Positions 24,251 through 32,000 of a stretch of 32,000 nucleotides of DNA are shown one piece after another. Source of the DNA: Crocosphaera subtropica ATCC 51142 (lineage in GTDB: Bacteria > Cyanobacteriota > Cyanobacteriia > Cyanobacteriales > Microcystaceae). How positions within the stretch are numbered: position 1 is the first letter of the stretch; each line of letters starts with the position of its first letter. Both the position numbers and the translations under genes were made by a program. The stretch covers positions 4,890,001 through 4,922,000 of the forward strand of contig NC_010546.1 in NCBI RefSeq assembly GCF_000017845.1, written 5' to 3'. The notes under the pieces were generated by a model, which saw only the letters and a list, made by a program, of their open reading frames with translations, was not told where the DNA came from and did no database searches.

Positions 24251-24853
24251 ATATTGATCATTGTAGTCGTCGTAATCATCATAGTAATCATCTCGATAAC
24301 TTTGTCGTTTAGTTTGACGACTTTGTATTTTTGCTTTAATAATTTTCCACAGTTTCTTTAACCGCAAATCCAAAGAAAAACCCCGTTTTGTTTGAATAAC
24401 AATGGTTTTGCCTACTCTATCATGAAACGCTTGATTATATTCTTCATCGCCGATGGCCACCCCACAATCAATAATCAAAGGGGTAATAAAGATTAACATC
24501 GATAATCCATTCTTAAAATTAATATTTAATCCCACCATTGCTAACATAGCAACAAATCCTAAAATAGCTTCTCGTTTAGCTAAGTCTTGCAAAACAGGAA
24601 CACGAAGAAATCGAATATCAATTACTTTGATATCAAACGCCCAACTGCCTAAACTTTGTCCCTTATTTTTTTCAACAATAATGATCCGCAAAATTAGCCA
24701 AACACCGAAAAAAACTAAGTCTTTAACCAATCCTTGAAAAAAAGAACTCAGAAACCAGACTGTTACAAAGTCTAATAAAAAAGCATAAGCACGACGATCA
24801 AGGGGAACTTTAGGAAAGTGTTGATCAGTGGGAGGTAATTGATTAGAATACAT
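24248..24853 (-). CDS. RDD-family membrane protein with an acidic Asp/Tyr-rich C-terminal tail
   Basis: N-terminal RRAYAFLLDFV plus three to four TM helices typical of the RDD family. The C-terminus is RQSYRDDYYDDYDDYNDQY. Confidence 0.6.
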   Translation of the reverse strand: MYSNQLPPTDQHFPKVPLDRRAYAFLLDFVTVWFLSSFFQGLVKDLVFFGVWLILRIIIVEKNKGQSLGSWAFDIKVIDIRFLRVPVLQDLAKREAILGFVAMLAMVGLNINFKNGLSMLIFITPLIIDCGVAIGDEEYNQAFHDRVGKTIVIQTKRGFSLDLRLKKLWKIIKAKIQSRQTKRQSYRDDYYDDYDDYNDQY

Positions 24854-24864
24854 ACAATTTTTGC

Positions 24865-25533
24865 TTATTTAAACATCGCTTGAAAGGCTTTTACTTTTAA
24901 ATCAATTCCGGTAATGGCAGTTCCAACAACAACAGAATAAGCCCCATAATTTAAAGCTCTTTTGGCATCTTCTGGGGTAGAAATTCCTCCTTCTGCAATA
25001 ATAGGAACGGTTAATTTTTGGCTCATTTCTTCTAATAAGGAAAACCCTGGAGGGTTAAAATTTTCAGTTTCTTTAGTATAGCCATAAAGAGTGGTTCCCA
25101 CAAAATCTGCCCCGGCTTGGGCTGAGGCGATCGCACTTTCTATGGTGTCTACATCAGCCATGACTAATTTTCCTAACTTTTGTTGAATATTATGGATTAA
25201 ATCGGCTAATTGTTCTCCTTGGGGACGCTTTCTTAAGGTTCCATCAATGGCGATAATATCGGCTCCTGCTTCAGCGATCGCTACTGCATCAGTATAACAG
25301 GGTGTAATATAAATATCATACCCAGAATAGTCCTGTTTCCACAGCCCAATAATGGGAATATGAGGCAATTCTTTTCTCACTTGTTTAACATGATCAGGAG
25401 TATTAATTCTTATTCCTTTTGCCCCTTGATTAATAGACGCTTTTGCCATAGCAGCAATAATTTTTGGGTCAAATAATGGAGAATCAATCGGTGCTTGACA
25501 AGAAACAATTAAGCTGGATTTTGGTATGATCAT
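24865..25533 (-). CDS. nanE: Putative N-acetylmannosamine-6-phosphate 2-epimerase (NanE family)
   Basis: 222-aa TIM-barrel protein with LIVSCQA, IAIDGT, FVGTTLYGYT and IAEGGISTPEDA, matching the NanE pattern as I recall it. Two HIP1 sites lie inside. Confidence 0.7.
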   Translation of the reverse strand: MIIPKSSLIVSCQAPIDSPLFDPKIIAAMAKASINQGAKGIRINTPDHVKQVRKELPHIPIIGLWKQDYSGYDIYITPCYTDAVAIAEAGADIIAIDGTLRKRPQGEQLADLIHNIQQKLGKLVMADVDTIESAIASAQAGADFVGTTLYGYTKETENFNPPGFSLLEEMSQKLTVPIIAEGGISTPEDAKRALNYGAYSVVVGTAITGIDLKVKAFQAMFK

Positions 25534-25555
25534 AAGGCAAAATTAAATTTATAAC

Positions 25556-25576
25556 TAATGACTGATAACTGTTCAC
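25556..25576. repeat. STRR-like heptamer triplet TAATGAC TGATAAC TGTTCAC
   Basis: Three tandem TNNTNAC heptamers. The last unit contains the kinase stop codon (complement of 25573-25575). Confidence 0.5.
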
Positions 25577-27870
25577 TCATCTTCTGATTTATCATTACTG
25601 AAGATTAAAGCATTAACTCGCTTAAGTAACAGGTTAGGCTGAATGGGTTTGATTAAATAGTCATCAATTCCCATCTGAGAAATTTCTGTCCATTCTTTTG
25701 AGGTAATTTCATCTCGTAATACTAACACTTTAGTTCCTTGGGTTTCTGGTAATTCTTTTAAGCAAGCATTGATTTCTAAAACTTCTGATAAATCTTGATC
25801 TAAAATCACTGCTGAGGGTTCTAGTAATTCCAATTTTTTAATTACTTTAGTTCCATCCATCAACCAAATAAAATGATAATTAGCTGCGGTTAACAACTCA
25901 CCAATTAATGTGGCAACCTCTTCATTACTTTCCACCAAAACAATGGTTTTATTTTTGGTAAACAAGGCTTGATTTTTATCTAAGTTATGAAGGGATTTAT
26001 ATTGATTTTGGGGTTGATTAGGAAGTCTAATAATAAAAGTAGAACCTTGATTGATGATAGATTCAACTTCAATGGTTCCTCCATGCAATTCAACTAATTG
26101 TTTGGTTAATGCTAATCCTAATCCTGTTCCTCCATACATACGTCTGCGAGAATTTTCTAATTGTTGAAATGACTCAAATAATAAAGGAATTTTCTCTTCT
26201 TGAATACCAATTCCTGTATCTTCTACTTCGAGGGAAACATGATTATTTTCTCGCCAAATTCTTAAGGTAACGCTGCCATTTTCTGGGGTAAATTTTAAGG
26301 CATTGTTCAGTAAATGGTAGAGGATCTGTTGTACCCTTTCAGGATCAGCATAAAAGCTATCTTGTTGCTGATTAATTTGTAAATCGAGTTCTAAATTAAT
26401 CCGACGATGTTCTGCTTCATCACTCACCCTTTGTATAACATTTTTAGCTACTTTTGTTAAAGAAAATTCTCGAACTGCTAATACATATTTTCCTGATTGT
26501 AAATTAGAATATTCTAGAATTTCATTGATCATATCTAACAAATGCTTACCACTATTTTGAATGGTTTGTAAATACTTTTGTTGTTTATCTAAAGGTAAAG
26601 TTGTACTTTCTTGTGACCAATGTAATAAGGTTCCCGATAAGCCAATAATACAAGTTAAGGGAGTTCTTAATTCATGACTCATATTCCCTAAAAATTCACT
26701 TTTAGAATGATTCGCTGCTTGAGAAGCAACTAACGTATCCCGAAGTTCTTGGGTTCTTTCTATGACTCGCTGTTCAAAGGTATTTTTTTGTTCTTGTACT
26801 TGAGCATATAATTGTGCTTGATAAATAGCAACAGCTAAATGTTCCCCTATTTGTCCTAAAAATGCTTTTTCACTCTCTAACCATTGTCTTTTTTTAAAGC
26901 ATTGATGAGCAATTAATAATCCCCATAATTTACCATTCACTACAATAGGAGCAATTAATTTAGAGAGGACCCAATATTTTTCGAGAAATCGACTTAAACA
27001 TAAAGAAGCTGCATATCTCATTTCTACATCATCAATAGCGACAATTTGCCCTTGACGATATTTATATTTATATTGAGGAATATTACTAAAACAAGTGTCT
27101 TCTGCAACAAGATTTAATAACGAAGGAATACTTTGAGAAACCCGTGACTCGTAGGTGACTAAACCCGAAGTTTTTTGTGCATTTTCTGACTGATTATTTG
27201 AGATCGTTTTTTCTCTAAACTCATAGATAACTAAGCGATCAACCTGCAAAAAACTGCGTAATTCCCTAACTGCTGTTTCTAAAATAACGGATAATTCTAA
27301 ACTTTGGCGAATTTGACCAACAACTTGATTTAAAAGTCTTTCTTGAGCAACTTGTTGGCGTAACGCATCTTCAACTGGTTCACAAACCCTGAGTCCTTCA
27401 TACATCACTTCCGAAGTTTCTGAGAACTCCGGCACTAAAATATTCCATAAGCGACCGTTAAAATGGGATTGGAGGGGGTTTAAGGGGGGTAGATGAGGGG
27501 AGATATAGGGAGCTAGGCGATCATGCCAAGGAGAGGCGGGATCAAGGTGCTGTTGTAACTTATGGGTAAACTCAGCGATCGCTTGGGGCTCACAGGTAAT
27601 CGTAACCTGATAAGATAGGGAGGAAGCATTGAGGGTGCCTTGTAACAAAGCACATAACTGGGAGGATAACAGCAAATAAAAAGTTTTGGCTCCCAAAATT
27701 TCAGGAACATTGACGATTTCTGAAGAAATTATGGAATCGTTGAGTAATATCGCTGTAGAATCTTCAATCTCTACTAGCTCTCGCCAAAGAGAACAAAGTT
27801 CCTCAAATATACTGATAGGTAAAGTTCGACGTAAAATAGATTTTGAAACAGGATTCATTACATTGGACAA
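25573..27870 (-). CDS. GAF-sensor hybrid histidine kinase with a degenerate receiver domain (CikA-like)
   Basis: N-terminal region of about 190 aa with no recognised domain, then a GAF domain. H-box FLGNMSHELRTPL, N-box LLNNALKFTP, G1 EDTGIGI and G2 GGTGLGLALTKQLV. The C-terminal receiver-like domain has ES instead of the DD acidic pair and lacks the conserved T/S. The 765-aa architecture resembles circadian input kinase CikA. Confidence 0.75.
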   Translation of the reverse strand: MSNVMNPVSKSILRRTLPISIFEELCSLWRELVEIEDSTAILLNDSIISSEIVNVPEILGAKTFYLLLSSQLCALLQGTLNASSLSYQVTITCEPQAIAEFTHKLQQHLDPASPWHDRLAPYISPHLPPLNPLQSHFNGRLWNILVPEFSETSEVMYEGLRVCEPVEDALRQQVAQERLLNQVVGQIRQSLELSVILETAVRELRSFLQVDRLVIYEFREKTISNNQSENAQKTSGLVTYESRVSQSIPSLLNLVAEDTCFSNIPQYKYKYRQGQIVAIDDVEMRYAASLCLSRFLEKYWVLSKLIAPIVVNGKLWGLLIAHQCFKKRQWLESEKAFLGQIGEHLAVAIYQAQLYAQVQEQKNTFEQRVIERTQELRDTLVASQAANHSKSEFLGNMSHELRTPLTCIIGLSGTLLHWSQESTTLPLDKQQKYLQTIQNSGKHLLDMINEILEYSNLQSGKYVLAVREFSLTKVAKNVIQRVSDEAEHRRINLELDLQINQQQDSFYADPERVQQILYHLLNNALKFTPENGSVTLRIWRENNHVSLEVEDTGIGIQEEKIPLLFESFQQLENSRRRMYGGTGLGLALTKQLVELHGGTIEVESIINQGSTFIIRLPNQPQNQYKSLHNLDKNQALFTKNKTIVLVESNEEVATLIGELLTAANYHFIWLMDGTKVIKKLELLEPSAVILDQDLSEVLEINACLKELPETQGTKVLVLRDEITSKEWTEISQMGIDDYLIKPIQPNLLLKRVNALIFSNDKSEDE

Positions 27871-27965
27871 GGCTAGAGAAAAAGAGACATAATCCTTAAA
27901 TAGAATTTCTCCATTTTTCTATCCTATCCTGAAACCTCATTTTCTTTAAATGTTAAGGAGTTTTA

Positions 27966-30900
27966 ATGCACCGCATAGCTGCTACCCCTGGAGGTTGGAA
28001 TGCTGAGCAAGAAGGGGTTATCTTTATTGAACAAAATCCAGCACCTATTGTCTTTTTAAGCGCAGCAGATACGGATATTCAAAGTTTAGCAACTTGTTTA
28101 CCTTTCTTACCCGATCATTTCCCTGCAATACGCGCAACAAATATTTTACAATTACAACAACAGTTGAGTATTGATACTTATGCTGACACAGTATTATGTA
28201 ATGCTAAAGTAATTATTTTACGATTATTGGGAGGTCAATCTTATTGGCCTTATGGCTTAGAAGTTATTAAAGAAATTGCTGAATTAAATGAGATTACGCT
28301 CTTTATTTTACCAGGGGATGATCAGTTAGATGAAACCTTAATGAGTCATTCGACTGTTACTTTTTACCACAGTCATAAACTATGGTGTTATTTAACTCAA
28401 GGAGGACAAGAAAATTGGCTAAACGGCTTAAAATTTATCTCTGATCTTTGTTTGGAAACCAATTATAATCCTGCTGCACCGCATCTTGTTCCTGATTTTG
28501 GTATTTATCAGAATAATGTAGAAAATAATGCTAATTTTTCTAATGCTGTTATTCTCTTTTACCGTTCTCATTATTTAGCAGGGAATCTACAACCCATTAA
28601 TGCTTTATGTAAAAGTTTGTTAGATAAACAAATCAATCCAATTCCTATTTTTCTCTCTTCTTTGCGTGATCCTGATGTTCAAAATAAATTGATTGATTAT
28701 TTTCAGTCTCGATGGGATCATCCTATTCAGTTGATTTTCAATACAACCAGTTTTTCTTTAGGCAAAATTGATGATAATTCTTGCAGCAATTTATGGGAAA
28801 CATTAGACATTCCTATCTTACAAGTTATCTTAAGTAGTGGAACAGTCGAACAGTGGAAAAATAGCTTTCAAGGATTAAATCCTAGAGATGTAGCTATGAA
28901 TGTTGCGTTACCCGAAATTGATGGTAAAATAATCACTCGTGCTGTTTCTTTCAAGTCAGTAAAAACCTGGAACGAAAACCTAGAAACTGATGTTATTGTT
29001 TATGAACCTGTAGAAGATAGAATCAATTTTGTAACCGAGTTAGGTGCTAATTTTATTCAGCTTAAACATACACCAATTCATCAGAAAAAAATTGCTCTAA
29101 TTTTAGCCAATTATCCCAATAAAGATGGCAGAATAGCCAATGGTGTTGGTTTAGACACCCCTGAAAGTTGTATCAAAATTCTGCAAGCATTACAACAAGA
29201 AGGTTACACTATTAAGGATATACCAAAAACCGGGGATGAACTCATAGAAAGGTTAACCCAAGGAATCACAAACGATCCTGAAAGTCAAGAATTACGTCCC
29301 ATTTATCAATCTGTTTCTTGTACAGAATACGAACAATATTTACAACGCTTACCCCTAGAAACTCAACAAGAAATTAGAGAACGTTGGAGTCATATTCCTG
29401 AAGTAAATAATGTTGCTGCTTATCCTATTTCTGGTATCCAATTAGGTAACATTTTCGTTGGGATTCAACCCTCTAGGGGTTATGATTTTGACCCTAGTTT
29501 AAACTATCATGCACCAGACTTAGAACCTACACCCCATTATTTAGCTTATTATTATTGGTTAAAACATCACTTTAAAGCAGATGCTATTATCCATGTGGGT
29601 AAACATGGTAACTTAGAATGGCTACCCGGTAAAAGTTTGGCATTATCATCAACTTGTTATCCAGAAATAGCGTTAGAAACTATCCCTAATTTTTATCCTT
29701 TTATTGTTAATGATCCGGGAGAAGGTTCCCAAGCAAAACGTCGTTCCCACGCAGTAATTTTAGACCATTTAACACCTCCTTTAACCCGTGCAGAATTATA
29801 TGGTAATTTGGAACAATTAGAAACCTTAATTGATGAATATTACGAAGCCCAAACCTTAGATCCCAAACGCTTACAAATAATCGGCGATCGCATTACCAAA
29901 TTAGTAACAGAAACAAATCTCAATCAAGACTTAGGAATTAATGACGTAAATAAGGATAGCCTATCACAATTTTTAGCCCTTGCAGATGGTTATTTATGTG
30001 AACTCAAAGAAGCACAAATAAGAGACGGTTTGCACATCTTAGGAACTTGTCCCCAAAATCAACAATTGCGAGATTTAATTATCTCCATTACCCGTTATCC
30101 TAGTTTAGATAGAATGGGTTTAATTACAGCAATAGTAACAGATTTTGACTTAGATATTAATCCTTTAACTGATAACTTAGATGAATTATTTTATTGCTCA
30201 AAGTTATCTCAAGTAATCCCCCAAGAAATTAGTTTGAAGTTAAAACAATGTCGTATACTTGGGGATATTATCGAAGTCTTAGAAATCTACGCACAAACTT
30301 TAGTAGAAAATCTTATTGAGACTAATAATATTAAACAATTTAATCACTTACCTTATACCCAAAAAGAACTAAACTGGATCAAAACTTTTTTACTGCCAAA
30401 ACTTTATCAAACCCCTCAAGAAATCACTAACTTATTGAAAGGATTAAATGGACAATATATCCCTAGCGGTGCATCTGGCGCACCCACCAGAGGTAGACCA
30501 GACGTTCTACCCACCGGACGCAACTTTTATTCTGTGGATATTCGTGCGATACCCACCCAAACCGCTTGGGATGTGGGCAGAAAAGCAGCTGAAGCCCTCA
30601 TCGAGCGTTATACTCAAGATAACGGAGAATACCCCCAAACCCTCGCTATTTCCATCTGGGGAACGTCTACCATGCGAACCGGAGGGGATGACATTGCCCA
30701 GGTGTTAGCATTGTTAGGAGTACAACCGATCTGGGATGGCTTATCCCGTCGGGTGGTTGATTACGAAATCCTTAAACCGTCGGTGTTAGGGCGACCCCGT
30801 GTAGACGTAATGGTACGGGTATCGGGATTTTTTAGAGATAGTTTCCCTAACCTACTACAACTACTATATAAAGTGATCAAAGATGTGTCAAGTCTCCCTG

Positions 30901-31721
30901 AATCAAAAGATATTAATCCCTTAGCGGCAAAGGTACAGGAAGAAGAGACATTTTGGCAACAGCAAGGGTTAACGGAAGAACAAGCAAAATTGAAGTCAGG
31001 TTATCGAATTTTCGGATCAAAACCTGGGTCTTATGGGGCTGGTTTACAGGGATTAATTGAAGCACAGAATTGGGAAAATGAGCAAGATTTAGCCAAGGCT
31101 TACATTAATTGGAGTTGTTACGCTTATGATCAAAATGGAGTGGGTCACGGTGTTCCAGAAGTATTTGAAAAACGTTTAAAACAATTACAAATTGTCTTAC
31201 ATAACCAAGATAATCGAGAACATGATCTTTTAGATTCTGATGATTATTATCAGTTTCAAGGAGGGTTAACCGTTGCTGTGAAAGCGTTGACAGGTAATAA
31301 TCCTGACACTTATTTTGGAGATAATGCTATTGGTGCTAATCCGAAAGTGAGACGATTAAAAGAAGAAATTACAAGGGTTTATCGTTCCCGTGTGGTTAAT
31401 CCCAAATGGATAAAAGGAGTAATGAGACATGGTTATAAAGGGGCGTTTGAAATGTCAGCAACCGTCGATTATTTATTTGCTTATGATGCGACAGCAAACT
31501 GTGTAGAAGATTTTATGTATCAAGGAGTAGCAGAAGCTTACTTATTTGATGAGACAGTACAACAATTTATTCAAGACAAAAACCCTTGGGCGTTGCGAGA
31601 TATGGCTGAAAGATTATTAGAAGCAAATCAAAGAGGGTTATGGCAAGAGGTTGATAGTAATACCCTGGATCAATTAAGGGCTATTGTGCATCATGCAGAG
31701 GGGAAAATTGAAGAAAATTGA
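27966..31721 (+). CDS. cobN: Cobaltochelatase large subunit CobN
   Basis: 1251-aa CobN/Mg-chelatase H-family protein. The N-terminus (MHRIAATPGGWNAEQEGVIFIEQNPAPIVFLSAADTDIQ) and the length fit CobN better than ChlH, which is about 1330 aa. Confidence 0.85.
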   Translation: MHRIAATPGGWNAEQEGVIFIEQNPAPIVFLSAADTDIQSLATCLPFLPDHFPAIRATNILQLQQQLSIDTYADTVLCNAKVIILRLLGGQSYWPYGLEVIKEIAELNEITLFILPGDDQLDETLMSHSTVTFYHSHKLWCYLTQGGQENWLNGLKFISDLCLETNYNPAAPHLVPDFGIYQNNVENNANFSNAVILFYRSHYLAGNLQPINALCKSLLDKQINPIPIFLSSLRDPDVQNKLIDYFQSRWDHPIQLIFNTTSFSLGKIDDNSCSNLWETLDIPILQVILSSGTVEQWKNSFQGLNPRDVAMNVALPEIDGKIITRAVSFKSVKTWNENLETDVIVYEPVEDRINFVTELGANFIQLKHTPIHQKKIALILANYPNKDGRIANGVGLDTPESCIKILQALQQEGYTIKDIPKTGDELIERLTQGITNDPESQELRPIYQSVSCTEYEQYLQRLPLETQQEIRERWSHIPEVNNVAAYPISGIQLGNIFVGIQPSRGYDFDPSLNYHAPDLEPTPHYLAYYYWLKHHFKADAIIHVGKHGNLEWLPGKSLALSSTCYPEIALETIPNFYPFIVNDPGEGSQAKRRSHAVILDHLTPPLTRAELYGNLEQLETLIDEYYEAQTLDPKRLQIIGDRITKLVTETNLNQDLGINDVNKDSLSQFLALADGYLCELKEAQIRDGLHILGTCPQNQQLRDLIISITRYPSLDRMGLITAIVTDFDLDINPLTDNLDELFYCSKLSQVIPQEISLKLKQCRILGDIIEVLEIYAQTLVENLIETNNIKQFNHLPYTQKELNWIKTFLLPKLYQTPQEITNLLKGLNGQYIPSGASGAPTRGRPDVLPTGRNFYSVDIRAIPTQTAWDVGRKAAEALIERYTQDNGEYPQTLAISIWGTSTMRTGGDDIAQVLALLGVQPIWDGLSRRVVDYEILKPSVLGRPRVDVMVRVSGFFRDSFPNLLQLLYKVIKDVSSLPESKDINPLAAKVQEEETFWQQQGLTEEQAKLKSGYRIFGSKPGSYGAGLQGLIEAQNWENEQDLAKAYINWSCYAYDQNGVGHGVPEVFEKRLKQLQIVLHNQDNREHDLLDSDDYYQFQGGLTVAVKALTGNNPDTYFGDNAIGANPKVRRLKEEITRVYRSRVVNPKWIKGVMRHGYKGAFEMSATVDYLFAYDATANCVEDFMYQGVAEAYLFDETVQQFIQDKNPWALRDMAERLLEANQRGLWQEVDSNTLDQLRAIVHHAEGKIEEN

Positions 31722-31769
31722 TGGAATCAGTAGGGTTTAATAATATTAAACCAGTTCAAAAATATATTA

Positions 31770-31979
31770 TTAAGAATTATTTTCTATCATATATTTTTCT
31801 AATACGGCATTAATTAGGCTTTGATATTCTTGAGGAAACTGTTGTTTATACCAAGCAAAAACTGAGGGATCAAGCTTGAGAGTTACAGAAACTTTTATAG
31901 GGTTATTAACAGTAGCTTCTTTCCAAAATTCAGTCTCAGTCGCAGGTATATCCGAATAATCTATATCAGATTCTTTCAT
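31770..31979 (-). CDS. brnA: BrnA-family antitoxin (DUF4415/COG3514-like)
   Basis: DYSDIPATETEFWKEATV...VSVTLKLDPSVFAWYKQQFPQEYQSLINAVLEKYM matches the BrnA pattern (IPxLTxEFW...VTLRLDxDVLxWFK...GYQTRINAVLRxY). The frame stays open upstream to the window end, so the true start and a brnT partner may lie beyond 32000. Confidence 0.6.
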   Translation of the reverse strand: MKESDIDYSDIPATETEFWKEATVNNPIKVSVTLKLDPSVFAWYKQQFPQEYQSLINAVLEKYMIENNS

Positions 31980-32000
31980 CTGACCACGGATCTTTAATTG

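Noticed and set aside
27871-27965. Possible cobalamin riboswitch upstream of cobN
   Set aside because: The cikA-like/cobN intergenic region is only 95 nt, much shorter than a cobalamin riboswitch aptamer plus expression platform. I see no B12-box-like GCCACTG element.

Overview
The window looks like a chromosomal segment of a unicellular cyanobacterium. Three things support this: 22 perfect HIP1 octamers (GCGATCGC) by my manual count, roughly 35-45% GC by eye, and cyanobacteria-typical genes (cruF/cruG, a PlmA-type GntR regulator, a CikA-like kinase, a PEP-CTERM protein).

Most of the window is ordinary core or housekeeping content. It includes ddl, pgl, cobN, an MlaE-like permease, a TldD/PmbA-family protease, a GAF-GAF class III nucleotide cyclase, and PhoX next to a metallophosphoesterase. 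It also includes an ETHE1-like MBL hydrolase, a quinone oxidoreductase, NanE-like, RDD and FHA proteins.

I do not see a convincing, complete, novel multi-gene system. The items most worth a second look are:
1. A cas-less CRISPR-like mini-array with three repeats, the third degenerate (14616-14833). It lies inside the longest non-coding stretch (14100-15035).
2. A markedly AT-rich, HIP1-free type II restriction-modification pair (19897-21977). Its endonuclease start codon overlaps the stop of the carotenoid glycosyltransferase cruG.
3. A PEP-CTERM reading frame with no canonical start codon, absent from the ORF track (9060-9455).
4. Several families of short dispersed repeats. These are MITE-like inverted-repeat elements, hairpin repeats and STRR-like heptamers, and they sit precisely at gene ends.

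All product calls rest on motif recognition by eye. No database search was possible.
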